Shown piece after piece: positions 27,909-39,758 of a stretch of DNA of 64,000 nucleotides (positions within the stretch are counted from its first letter, which is position 1; every line of letters begins with the position of its first letter). The stretch is taken from the NCBI RefSeq assembly GCF_018350175.1, contig NC_058368.1, positions 65,288,001 to 65,352,000 of the forward strand, written 5' to 3'. Origin of the DNA: Felis catus. Lineage: Eukaryota. Below the pieces are notes generated by a model. It was given only the letters and a program-made list of their open reading frames with translations. It did no database searches and was not told the origin of the DNA. The translations under genes were made by a program, and so were the position numbers.

Positions 27909-28053
27909 TGCTTGTATATGTCTTTGCAGACCAAATTCTGCTCTACTAAATTCTTGGTGTTTATATACGTCTTCGCAGACCAAATTCTGCTCTACTAAAT
28001 TCTTGGTGCTTATATATGTCTTTGCAGACCAAATTCTGCTCTACTAAATTCTT
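27909..28053. repeat. 49-bp minisatellite, ~3 copies
   Basis: gcagaccaaattctgctctactaaattctt recurs at 27926, 27975 and 28024. Confidence 0.97.
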
Positions 28054-28399
28054 TAGCTGACATGTAATTCAACTTTGCATAGTTTCATAGATTTCTTCAG
28101 TATTATTCAATTTTCAGTTATTTACATCATACTATTTGAAAGTGTAATGGACTCCCTGGGATGGCATATTTGTAAATAAATGGTTTCATAGCAGTAAGTC
28201 TTGGTAAAGATTTAAAATTTCTAGTAGTCCTGAATGGCAGTATTTAAGAGCTTTTAATAACCTCGGATGAAAAATATTTTTTAAATGAATGCACCAGTTA
28301 GTAACAAAGAAAAACAGAAATCTGATTCCACATTTACACGTTATCCAGGTTGTCGATTTATTTTTATAACTCATTCTGTATTTTCTTTAGGCATTTCTT

Positions 28400-28764
28400 T
28401 TCCCCTCATCCAGTGAATATTTTTTGTATGCCTACTATGTGTAATTCACTGGGCCAGGCGCTGTATATAGGGCCACAGGGGATTTTAATCGCAGCAGGGA
28501 AATGGAAATTAAGGGACCACTCACAATCAAGGGCTGAGATACCGGCACTGTGACACAGTATTTAATCGGAGCATCTGATCTAATCGTGGGGTTAGGGAAT
28601 GCCTTCTTGAGGAAGAGCAGTGGGCAGTGGGCTCAGGAGGACTTAGTACCTGTGTGGTTAGAAGACCCTGAAAGCATGAGAGGAGTTTGGAAGCTGGAGA
28701 AAACAGCCTGTGAATAGAAAGGGTGTGAGAGAGACCAGAGAGCCTGTGGGCCAGGTTAATGACT
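28400..28764 (-). mobile_element. L2 fragment (continues ~29310-29518 and after 29915)
   Basis: tcatccagtgaatattttttgtatgcctactatgtg L2 3'-end. gccttcttgaggaag and agaccctgaagcatgagaggagtt are L2-like. Confidence 0.65.
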
Positions 28765-29308
28765 TGTATACAGTGTTCAAAGATGGCCCATGCAGCGTGA
28801 CCCTATGGTTTACTTTTTCATCGCAGATACGGACCATTGGCTCTAAAAGCTGTGGGTGCTTAAGTCAAGTTTTTATGCATCTGGTTGTTTTAAACACAGC
28901 CCAAAGAAATTGAGTTTTAACCAGTTAGAGCCTGCCTGTTTTGTGTATCCTGCAAAGCTGCGTAACACCTGCCTGCTAGCCATTTGTAGGATGAACCTGG
29001 GGCCTAAAAGAAACCAAGACAAACAAAACAAAACAACAACCGAAAATCCAAGCTGCTGCCCTCTCCACTCTAAGGCTGAACAACATTGCCTAGATACTTA
29101 ATCCCCTTTCCCTCTCCAGGAGTTCCTGAGCCTTCTCCCCTTCTGGTAGTGGCTACCCTCTGTTATGTCTACAAGGCTTCAAGCTATGAGGGACTTCCCC
29201 TGTCAGGCAGCTTGTCAAAGTGCAACCCAAATAAAGCTCTCTGTGTCTGGCTGCCACCTCATGGTCCTGTCTCTTTCCTTAATCAGCCCTGAAATCCTGG
29301 AGCTCACA
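28765..29308 (+). mobile_element. Solo ERV(L)-type LTR, family unresolved
   Basis: TG...CA termini, internal aataaagctct polyA signal about 75 nt before the end, and it interrupts an L2. Confidence 0.6.
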
Positions 29309-29518
29309 GCGCTGACCTTGGCCTTCAGCCTAGGGCAGTGAGAAGCTATTGAAGAAGTGTTTCAATCAGGATTGGACTTGATTTGAAATGTTACCTTGGT
29401 CTCTCTCTAGAGATGGCTTGCAGGGGAGGAAAAGCAGATACAGGAAGAGGAGATGTTAGCTTGAACTAGAGCAGTGCCTGGAAATGGAATGAAGTAGAAA
29501 GACTCAAGAAATATTTAG

Positions 29519-29901
29519 AAGCTGAGTGAAGTAAGTCAGATTGAGAAAGATAGATACCATGTGGTGTCACTTATATAGAATCTAAAAAAACGAACGAACA
29601 AAACAGAAACCAGATTCTTAGATGCAGAAAACAGATTGGTAGTGGCCACAGGGGAGGAGGGGCAGGGGGCAAGACGGTTAAAGGGGATCAAGCAGTACGA
29701 ACGTACAATTACGGAATAAGTCTTGGGGATGTAATATGCTGCATCAGGAATATAGTCAAGGGTATCGTATTAACTTTGGAGGGTAATGGATGGTAACTAG
29801 ACTTACTGAGGTGATCATTTTGCAGTGTCTACAAAGGTCAAATCACTATGCTGTACACCTGAAACTTATAATATTGTATGTCAATTATACTTCCTTTAAA
29901 A
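29519..29901 (+). mobile_element. L1 3'-end (L1MA/L1_Carn-type)
   Basis: ctgagtgaagtaagtcaga...tgtacacctgaaacttataatattgtatgtcaattatac. TSD aagaaatatttag at 29506-29518 and 29902-29914. Confidence 0.9.
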
Positions 29902-30171
29902 AAGAAATATTTAGGAGGTAAGTTTGGTATCACCAAAAGACCATTAATTAATCAAAAGTCATTCATTGGATATGTACTATGTGATGGACAATGAGTATGA
30001 ACTAGTCTCTGTATATGTGAAAGAGAGAGGTTCAGAGAGAGCAGCATGCATCCCAGAAACATTTTTGAGTTTACAAGGCCATGTAAATAATTCTGACATA
30101 GTTTATGTGTGCTTTTTAGTGGAGACAAAACTCAGTATCATTAAACCAGCATAGGATTGTTAAGAGTATCA

Positions 30172-30444
30172 GTGTGACTGAGAGAAAGAGATTTCCCAAA
30201 TGGGGGGAGGGTGGTGAGTTGTGAGTTGTTAACTCACAGTTCACTTTGAGTTGTTAACTCAGAAAGCATAGAGTTTTCAAAATATATGTAACCAGCTGTG
30301 CCACTTTGAAACTTAAGTCACAGTTGTGTGGCCGAGAGAGAGATTTCCCAAATAGGGTGGGGTGAGTCATGAGTTAACTCTCAGAAAGTATAGAGTTTTC
30401 AAAATGTATGTAATCAGCTGTGCCATTTTGAAACTTAAGTCACA
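30172..30444. repeat. Local tandem duplication (~120-150 bp, 2 copies)
   Basis: gagatttcccaaat...cagaaag(c/t)atagagttttcaaaat...tttgaaacttaagtcacag occurs twice (30172-30323 and 30326-30444). Confidence 0.93.
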
Positions 30445-30654
30445 GGTTTTTTGTCCTATGGGAATGTAAAAAAATAACTTAAAATTTTTACCAAAGTGAA
30501 GAATTAAATTGTTACTTCACTCCCCAATATTTAAACAATGCTATGTCCATGGCATAAGTACCAAATATGTTACTGGTTGTAATGACTGGAATCACAAAAT
30601 GAAGAGAGTTATTTGACCTTGCTGTGAGGAAGGGGTAAAATTTAATTTGGAGGA

Positions 30655-31164
30655 TATTAGTCAGGGTTCTCTAGAGAAACCAAAGCAATAGGATACACAT
30701 ATAGATATAGGTATACATATGAGGAGATTTATTATAGGAATTAGCTCCAGAGGTTATGGAAGCCAAGAAGCCTCATGATCTGCCATATGTGAACTGGAGA
30801 CCCAGGAGAGTGGAGGTGTAAGTCAGTCTGGGGCTGAAGGCCTTGGGTGGGGTGGAGTACTGTGGGGTAGTGGTAATAAGTCTCAGATTCCAAGGCTGGA
30901 GAACTAGGAGCTCTGATGTCCCAATGTAGGAGAAATGGATGTCTGAGCTAAAGAAGAGTGACAGGGAATTTGTTCTTCCTCCACCTTTTTGTTCTGTTTG
31001 GGCCGTGAAGGATTGAATAATGTTTCCTTACACTGGTCACTCCTACTGAATCACCTGCTAATCTCTTCCCATAACATCCTTACAGACACACCCACAGATA
31101 ATGTTTTACCAGCTATCTGGGTGTCCTTGAAGCAGGTCAAACTGACACGAAATTAACCATCACA
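30655..31164 (-). mobile_element. MLT2 (ERVL) solo LTR
   Basis: tattagtcagggttctctagagaaac ... gtcaaactgacacgaaattaaccatcaca is the reverse complement of MLT2 termini. Confidence 0.88.
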
Positions 31165-31717
31165 GGGACATTGAACGATGCGTAGCAGTTGACAAACACT
31201 CATAAAAGAAGGCGGCATTTGGGGTGGGGTTAAATTTGTAAGGAAAGTAGTACGTTTGGAAGATACTACAGAAAGCGATCAATTAAGAATTTGTGAGAAG
31301 CAATATTGAACAAATTGAGTGGGGTTGTATTTTTGATGGGCCTTGAAAACCCTAGCCTTTATGTGGCAGGAAGTAGGTCATCATTCTAGGTTTTTGGCAG
31401 TGAAATGACAAGATGAAAGTATTGTTTTAGATTGGTCAAGCACTATAAACAGGATGGAATAGTGTAGGGATTATTAAAGGCCCAGGAGGCGGGAAGGAAG
31501 ATAGCCAGGGGGCTGATTTAGATACTAAAGCCTGAGATGCCAAGGGCCAAGATGAGGTTAAGAGGTGAGAAGAAGGGGTGAGTGAGGTCAGCAGGGAAGA
31601 GGCAACATTAAAAAGAAAAAAAAAAAAAACCTGAAAAACTTTACTCCTACTACTCAGAAGTTCCAATAAAAGGGTTTAAAGAAGACAAGCCGTTGAAATT
31701 CTTGCCTGAAATCATCT

Positions 31718-32200
31718 GTGTCATTTAAGATACTTTTGGCAACAGGTCACAAAAAATCCTGAATTGGCTGTCTTCCACAATCAGGGAAAGCCATCATTTC
31801 ACATACGTTCCAATAGAGAGCAGTTCTACGTGTGAGAGAGTGGGAAGTTAACACTATCATGAGGGTCTTGGGTTCTCTCCATCTTTTGTCTCTGCTTTCC
31901 TCATTCTACAGGTCAGCTCCATTACAGAAAGAAGATGGCTGCTGGAATACTAAGAGCCAAAGCTTCATTATGATGCCCAGAGGTACACAGTAGGGCTATT
32001 TCTTCCCATGTTTATCTCCTCATTGACGAGACAGATTAACTCAGAAGTCCCCCAGCAGATTTACCCAGCCTCTCATTCCAGAATTGCTTCCTGTGCTGGT
32101 GCCTGGAAGAGAAAGGAAAAGATCATGGCTGTTGACTTGGACCCATCGTGGCTACACCCTCAGACAGGGGCTGATGTTCACCTTCCTTAAGTATATGGCC
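31718..32200. mobile_element. Old MaLR LTR (MLT1K/L-like)
   Basis: aagatggctgctgg, gaagtcccccagcagatt, tctcattccagaattg motifs. Boundaries approximate. Confidence 0.55.
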
Positions 32201-32337
32201 ACTGAATTGCTTGGGTAATATTCCTAAGAATCCCCAGGAATTGAGGGTAATGGAGAAGTTGAGAAGAATTACTCAGATTGTCTGAATCAATTACGTATTT
32301 GGCGTTCTTACTTGAGTCCAGTATTTCTCAACTCTGG

Positions 32338-32536
32338 CCAGCGGTGAACTGACACATGTTTAGCAGTTGGCTTTCAGGAGGGTAGGGTGTGGGAAGATCT
32401 GATTTGTAGCATTTGCCAATTTCTGTGCTATGTTCCCACCATGACGGATTTCAAGCCACTAACAGTTTAACAACCAGCTTACAAAATTCCTGAAAATTTA
32501 ACAGCTGGCTCTTTTGAGTTGGAAAAAGCCAGGGCT
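32338..32536. mobile_element. MER63-like hAT MITE nested in a MER5-like element (32319-~32735)
   Basis: gatttgtagcatttgccaatttc...cccaccatgacggatttcaagc, flanked by cagtatttctcaactctggc and ctgatttaattggtctg (MER5). Confidence 0.65.
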
Positions 32537-32561
32537 GTCCTGGAATCATGTGAGGTAGCAT

Positions 32562-32563
<2 letters not shown>

Positions 32564-32594
<31 letters not shown>
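32564..32594. repeat. (CAA)n microsatellite
   Basis: About 10 aac units. Confidence 0.95.
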
Positions 32595-32595
<1 letters not shown>

Positions 32596-32746
32596 AAAAA
32601 TTGTGCTCCATCTTTAGATCCTCTGATTTAATTGGTCTGAGACAGGGCACTCTTTTTCCTGGTCTGCTCCCTCCCTTCTTCCTTTCTTTTTCAGTTTTCC
32701 CTAGTATTTCTAATGTGCATCCAGGAAAGGGAAGCAGTTAGCTAAA

Positions 32747-32954
32747 GCTGTGCTTCATAAACTTTATCAAACATCAGAAATACAGGAGGGCTTGTTAAAC
32801 ACTAATGCCTCGGCCCCACCCCCAAAGTTTCTGTTTTCATTGTTCCTGGGTAGGGCCTGTAATTTGTATTTTTTTACAGATTCCCAGGTGATGCTAATGC
32901 TGGTCCAGGCACCATCTCGAGTCTCTGGGGACCAAACTCTGGGTGCATTCACTG
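32747..32954. mobile_element. MER5A (hAT-Charlie)
   Basis: catcagaa...ggagggcttgttaaa...ggccccacccc...ttcccaggtgatgctaatgctg. Confidence 0.8.
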
Positions 32955-33124
32955 TGGTTTTAAATACAGGTTTTTGTCAGGGTAGACAGTCAAATTTGCG
33001 CAATGATTTCTGTTATTTCTCATCTTGATTTTAAGAATCTCAACCCACAGAGTGTCTCTGATTCAAATTGCATTTCACTCGTCCTCCTCCCCCATTGCCT
33101 CTGACTTCTTTTAGACGCTCGCTT

Positions 33125-33143
33125 TGGCCACTAGGGGGACTAA
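33125..33143 (+). promoter_or_regulatory. Candidate CTCF site
   Basis: TGGCCACTAGGGGGACTAA matches the first 14 positions of the CTCF consensus; the 3' part deviates. Confidence 0.45.
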
Positions 33144-36100
33144 GGGAAAGAAAGTGGTTGGAGCGGTTCAATCCAGAACTACCTACGCATGGAACAAAAG
33201 GGCCCCAACTCAGCTGCAGGCGCATATCTGCTTGAGTAGGAGAGAACCACAACATTGCTTTAAATGGGAACTGGTTGACGTTTTCAGGCTTTTTTTTTTT
33301 TTTTTTTTTACTGTAGGATCCCAATTGTTCTTTGCTAATGTGACAGGCTCTCTTTCGGTATGGCTCGTTTCTTTGGGGAGATTCCTATTCAGAAGATTTT
33401 GGGGGAAGAGTGATTCCGTTTCCTTGCTCCTTTGAGCTGTTTTTCCTGGACTAAATGCAGATCTAGCCATTTTTTCTTGACCTCTAGACTCTTATGCAAG
33501 GAGACTACATTTAGAGCTGGTCAGTCTTCATTTTTATACACATTCAATTAAAGATGTAGCATAATACATTCAGGGCATGCACACCTGTGTTCTGTAGGCT
33601 TGATTGGCTGGTGTATTTGCTCCTTATTACAGTTCTTGGATTTCTTGAGAAATTGGCTTCCTCTTTTGTGCCCCCAGGACAGCTGAGATTAGCAAGGGCT
33701 AGTGCTCCTCAGCTGGATTTCAGAGAACTGGAGGTGTTTCCTCCTAAGGTTGTAGTAAGGTTGAGGCAAGTATTTTCTTTGCAAAGAAACTACTTTGAGG
33801 TCTGCTTTTTAAAATGAATAATTTTCAATTATTTTCTTAATGGGTCAGAGTAGCTCGAAGTCAGTTGCACCTTTGAAATGAACTTGTTTCTATGCTTTTA
33901 GATTTATAGAGATTTTTAAATGACAGGACTTAACTTTTTCCTGAAAAAGCAAGAAAATACTTTTTCCCATACTTTAGCTGTTTGCTTATCCTATTTTCTT
34001 CTAAATCCCAATGATTGGGAGTTTTTAAAACTTAAAAATGATGAAATGTAATATGCCCAGCACCTTTTTTCCTTTTTTACAGCAAAAGGTTTAACAAATG
34101 GTTTTGAAGAATTTAAATGATCTTTGACATATTGGGAGGTCTATTTGGAAAATAAGGTATTAATAATTTGGAAATGTAGGATTCTGAGCACTCCTTGATC
34201 TATTACAGCTTTTCCTCTAGCTATATATTTATATTGAACTTAGGTAACATAGTTTACTCTTACTTTTACATTATCAAGTGCTAATGTGTGAAAGGCTTTT
34301 ATTGTACTTTTACTACTCATTTGATTATGTGGTGTCTTACTTAATATTCTTTCACAGACTTGGGGGTATTTAGACATCAGGAGGTCAAGTACTACGTTAA
34401 AAGCATAGGCCAGTTTTTATATGACTGCAATAAAGAATATATTCATTTCACTTATATTACCACATGGCTCTCATAAAAAAAGGTCAGTTTCAATTGAATA
34501 TAAAATAGGTTACAAATGGCAAATCTTATGTCATCAACAACAAAATTATTATGGATAATTCCTTCTCAATGACTCCCTTCCCTTCTTTAAAAAAATAACT
34601 TGAAGGTTTCATAAAATCATAGATCCTTATGATGTGTTTTGAGCAACAGACACAAAATTAGATAAATCCATTTTTTTCTTTAGTCAAGAATACATATAAT
34701 CACACTGAAATTCCAGTTGAAATAGCAATTCAAGTGCATCACAGATTCACAGCAAAAAATTCCATGAAATTAGACTTTTTCATTTTGTTGTTATATTAAT
34801 TTAACAGATTAACTTCGAATCAATTTCTCAGCCTGGGGTTATTGATGTACAGATAAATATTATTACAAGAAGTTACATGCGAAAATGTAGGCCGATTGCT
34901 ATGATTTAAGAGTGGCAGTTTATTCTTATCCAGAACATAGTAAATTATAGAAAGGTTTTCAGTTTCTCCAAGGGTTGACTATATATAAAAATACAGGTTG
35001 TAATGATCTTAATTCTGTGTGGTAACTAAGGTTGCATTTTATAACCGGAATGACAAATTCCTACAACTGAAAAACGTATACGCATTTTAAAGTGAATTTT
35101 AACCTTCCTTGCCATTCATTTGGGTAAAGTACAACTCTTGACAGGCCATCGTTATTCCCCTGAAATGTTTATTTTCAAAAGTGTGACCTTGTATTTGAAA
35201 AAAGTTTGTAAATGCTCTGTGTTCTGAAAGGCTTTGAAACAGTATTATTTGGGAAAAATGAGCCTCGCTCACAACTACTATAATCAGGAAAAATAGAAAG
35301 ATGGAAGACGAATCAGCGAGAGCAGCCTGTTCTCGGATCCACGGTTCCTAAAGCTATCTTCTTTCAGGGCGACGATTCGATTCCCGTTTTAACCTAATTA
35401 AGCAGTCGAGAGAACCAGTGTCCTCCGAGATAAGCCCGGAGGCTCCTGGAAGCCCCGGGCTGCTCATTACCTCCCAGGCACTGCCAGGGAGCCGCTGCCC
35501 GGGACTTCTGGAAGGTGCCACGGATGCCCAGAAGGAGGCTCTGGTGTGCAGCGCCAGCCCGTAGGTATACCACCTTCAGCCACATTTCAGCCCTGTTACT
35601 GTGGAATTGATTTTCACGGCTCGTGACAGAAGCTGTTTTCAGCCTTTGAAAAGGAAGTAGCTGGGGCTGATCCTCCTAACACAAACAGCAAATTGCTCTG
35701 TGGCTTTCATAGCATTGGAGGTCTGTTACCTTAAGGTTCTAATGGCCTTTTAACAGTGTTTCCAGCTGAGCAGCAGATGTAAAGGATACTGAACATTGAA
35801 AGCACTGTTCTTTTTTTTCCTCCTCCCTGAAAGAATCATTTTTTACAGATATTGTACCAACACCGTATCCTAGGACCTATTTGGTGGCATGTTAGATTTG
35901 AAAGATGGAACCAAATCTCAGGTGAAGTCTTGTCAATACCGTCGGCCCGACCAACCTTACTGGGCTGTGTGTCCCCATGTTCCTGCTCATCGGGAACCGT
36001 GATCGTGTCACCATTAGTAGGGGCCCATTTGGTGATATCTCATCAGGGAGAAAAAAATAATTAATGGAACCCCATGAAGCCTCTAAAAGTCCTGATACTT

Positions 36101-36442
36101 GTTTTAAGTTCGTTTTCATCCTAAACATTTCAGAAATACGCTGCAAACAGTGCGTTCACCTTTTAGAATTCTATCCAGTCTCCCTTTGTTTTGCCTTTCT
36201 ATTGTTTCGGGTGTTAGTTCTGTCTTTCTGTTGGTTAGGGTATGAGATGTTCCTGAAGGAGAGCTATGCCTTCCCCGCACAGTGTCCTTGAAGGCCTTTA
36301 AACGAAGCTTTGGTCTGTTGAAGAAGGGTAGCATTTCTTGTGGACTTTTGAGGAAAAAGTTAAACATAGCTGAGGGACACTTGTCGAATTGGATGTTTTT
36401 TCCTTTTTAAAAAATAAAAATTTCTTTTCTTCAAAAGAAGTA

Positions 36443-36662
36443 GGGGTGCCTGGGTGTGGCTCAGTCGGTTAAGCATCTGACTCCTGGTTTTGGCTCAGGT
36501 CATGATCTCACGGTTCATGAGTTCGAGCCCTGCATTGAGATCTGTGCTGACAGCGTGGAGCCTGCTTGGGATTCTCCCTCTATCTCTGCCCCTCCCCTCT
36601 CTCATAGGTGCACTCTCTCTCTCTCTTTTACCCAAACTAAATAAACATTTCAAAAAAAAAAA
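36443..36662 (+). mobile_element. Can-SINE
   Basis: ggggtgcctgggtgtggctcagtcggttaag head, gagttcgag B box, CT tract and A tail. Confidence 0.95.
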
Positions 36663-37077
36663 TTAGAGAAATAGCATGTCTTTTGATTTCACTTAGGTCC
36701 AAGCAGTGCTTGTATTTGAGCTTTCCAGTGGTAACTCTGCGAGGTAAGAGCAGAACAGCCATGCCAATGAGTCCTCACCCCTCACTCCAGGAACTGACCT
36801 GTTTTGAAGCTTTTGGAGGGACCCTTAGGAAGTATGTGAACTGCCACCATTTTCCCCCCAAAGGTGAAAATACGCGTGACTTGAAACGCTACAGTGAACA
36901 GGTGATGTGACTAGACGCGCAATTCCTTCCCTTTTTGTTCCTCTTCTTCCTCCTACTCTCTCTCTTGTGCACTCACATAACCCATGAGAAAAAAAGTATT
37001 AGCATGGTCTAGTATTTAAAATTTAGTGTGGTTAGTTTAGCTCTTCTAGGTAACAACGTGTGGGAAGCTTGCTCTGG

Positions 37078-37300
37078 CGCTGTGGTTAAGCAGAGACTGG
37101 CTTTGAGTCCCGGCTCTACCGCTTAGCTCTTTTGAACCTGTCCCTGCCTCTATTTTGTCCGTGAACAGGGAGAATAACACAGAGTCCCTACCACTCATCG
37201 TTGTGATTGTATTAAATGAATTAACATTTATGAAGCTCTTAGAATAGCGGCTGGCATACAATAAAGGCTATATACGTGTTCCTCACATAACAAATAATAG
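37078..37300 (+). mobile_element. MIR
   Basis: tgtggttaag...gagtcccggctctacc...gtattaaatgaattaacatttatgaagctcttagaatagcggctggcataca. Confidence 0.85.
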
Positions 37301-38229
37301 ATAAGAAGATCAATCCCTTGATGAGGGTGGGGACTAACACAGGAAGAAAGGGGAAGAGTGAGTTTCTATGGGCTCCTCCCATCTCCAGGGCTAAGCCTGG
37401 CCTGTAGGCACTGCTAACGTTTGGGGTTGGCCTGCCGAGTGATCTGCTCTTGTGCAACTTGGGAAGGAACCGGTAGCCCCCTTTCCTGGAGTACTCATCC
37501 TGATGTTGGATTTTTCTGGCCCCGTAGGCCTCCTGAATCACTGGTTTATTCCTCACCTGGCTTCTAGAACTTTGATCACCTTCTATGGTGGGAGCGTGAC
37601 ACGCTTTCTGGTCTGCAACTCAGTGGCATTCTGAATCTACCCAGGAGGGCACTGGAGACCACTGGGCCAGACCTGTGCCCCCCCCCCCCCGCCCCCCAGG
37701 TGTGGGTGTAGCCCTCCCTCTGAACATCTTTGCCAGCAGTCCACCAGGCAGTCTCTTTACAGATTCTGAAACACTTAGCGCTAGGAATCCCTCATCTCTG
37801 TGGCTTTCCTGTGTTGGTGGGAAGCTCCGAGAGGAGAAACCGGGAAATGTGGTGAACCTCCCTTCTTCATATAGATCCCTGGGGCAGGGATGGGTTTGCT
37901 ACCTGTCCTCTTTCTGGCTGGACCTCAAGCCCTTTATCCAGGCTTGGAGACTTGTCACTAAAAGAGGTCAGAGAACAGACACTCATAGCTTTGGAGGTGG
38001 AGACAATATATAGAAGACAATATATTGAGGGGCAGACCAAATGGAGCCAGTGAAATATTTGCAGAATATTATCCTCATTACACACACAATATGGAAACTT
38101 CCGAGGCATCTCTACATTATCAGGTGAACTGGAAATGACATCAGTTCTTTGTTTATGTGGGAATCTTCAGGATTTCTGGCAGATGGCATCATATAGGAGC
38201 AAAAGGACTTAGTTCCTTGTTTTGTGCTT

Positions 38230-38390
38230 ACTCATTGGTTATTTTGAAGTTTTCTTCACCTCCTTGAACCCCAGTGTCCTCATGCATATAAAGGGACAGT
38301 AAGATAGCCTGGCTCATGATGTTCTTTGTGAGGATTAAATCACATAATGCGTGTGAACAGACTGACAGAAGTCTCCAGGAAATGTTAGCT
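38230..38390 (+). mobile_element. MIR
   Basis: cagtgtcctcatgcatataaagggac...gtgaggattaaatcacataatgcgtgtgaa. Confidence 0.75.
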
Positions 38391-38734
38391 CTCCTTTTCC
38401 CAATTCCCTCCTGACACATGTATCGTGATGAGAAATCTTCCTGTGTCTTATTCAGAAGAGGAGAGAAACCTAGTAGGCTGTAATCCCCGCTGTAAGACTT
38501 AGTCATTTTTAATTTCCTTTTATGATAAGCTTCTGAGAGAGAAGCTCTTATAGAACGTTAAAAGGTGATCTTGAAATGCTGGTAAGTGTCAAATAGCAAA
38601 TCTTTTAAAAACATTTTCTTTCTCTTCTTTTTGGTCTTCTTGGAGCTGACTGTGAAACTTTTATGCTGTTCTCATAGGTTCCTGTTGTGCATACTGTCCT
38701 CAAGAATGATGGCTTTATTTTACTTTCCTTAAAG

Positions 38735-38903
38735 CAGGGGTTCTCAGACTTGAATGTACATCAGAATTATCCAGAAGGCTTATTCCACTGTGGGCTGCTG
38801 GGTCCCCTTCTGGGAGTTTCTGATTTGGTAGATCTGAGATGGAGCCCACTGCCCTGGCGATGCTGAAGCTGAAGGTATCTAGGCCACACTTTGAGAACCA
38901 CTG
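38735..38903. mobile_element. MER5A
   Basis: TIR-like ends caggggttctcagact ... actttgagaaccactg. Confidence 0.85.
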
Positions 38904-39288
38904 GCTTCGGGTTTAAGCCTCAAACCGTCAAAGTCAACTTCGTTCTCCAATAGCTTGAGAATAAATTTCAACCATCTTGGTTTGACATTCAAGAACTAAA
39001 ACTACTTACTGACCTCGTGTCAAGCACCCTTCCTCTAGAAATTTCTGTCTCAGGAAACCTTTTTCACTAAACTTACTCTTCTTTCTGTGTCTCATTGCAC
39101 TTGCCAATACTCATGACAGTGCTTGGTCTGTCCTTTCCAGCTTTCTCTACCAACTAAAAAGCAGTTTAGCTCCAATTATTCTTCATGAAATTGCCCTATT
39201 ACCCAGTTCCTCTTTTCTCCTTCTAGCCATGCTTGTGTAGTATTTGTCCGTTGGCTTGGTAATTAATCAAATTGCGATCTCCTGACTC

Positions 39289-39500
39289 TTTTTAATGTTT
39301 ACTTATTTAGTTTTGTGAGAGACAGAGAGGGAGAGCAAGCCAAGGAGCAACAGAGAGGGAAGGAGAGAGAGAATCCCAAGCAGGCTCCATACTGTCAGCA
39401 CAGAGGCTGATGTTCGGCTGTATCTCATGAACTGTTAGATCGTGGTCTGAGCTGAAATCTAGGGTTGGATGTTTAACCTACTGAGCCACCCAGTGCCCCC
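39289..39500 (-). mobile_element. Can-SINE
   Basis: Reverse-complement SINE. TSD atctcctgactc on both sides. Confidence 0.93.
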
Positions 39501-39758
39501 GCCATCTCCTGACTCCTTAAGTTATTGTCTTAAATCATTTAAAATTGATCACTTAATTTTTGTTTCCCAAAATTGCCTATGTAATATGTGGTAGCTGATG
39601 GCACTTAAGTATGTATTTGTCCTTTCCAGAGCACAGTGCTTAAGCACAGTAGGTATTCAATAAATAACTGACCACTCCTTGATTGGACATAATAAGAGAC
39701 TTTTTTTTTTGGGGGGGCCAGGCCTCACTTAAAGACAACGTTAAGTAAGATCAAAATC

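Noticed and set aside
27909..28053. Repeat array superficially like CRISPR
   Set aside because: Units are contiguous with near-identical intervening sequence (no unique spacers), the context is eukaryotic, and there are no cas genes.
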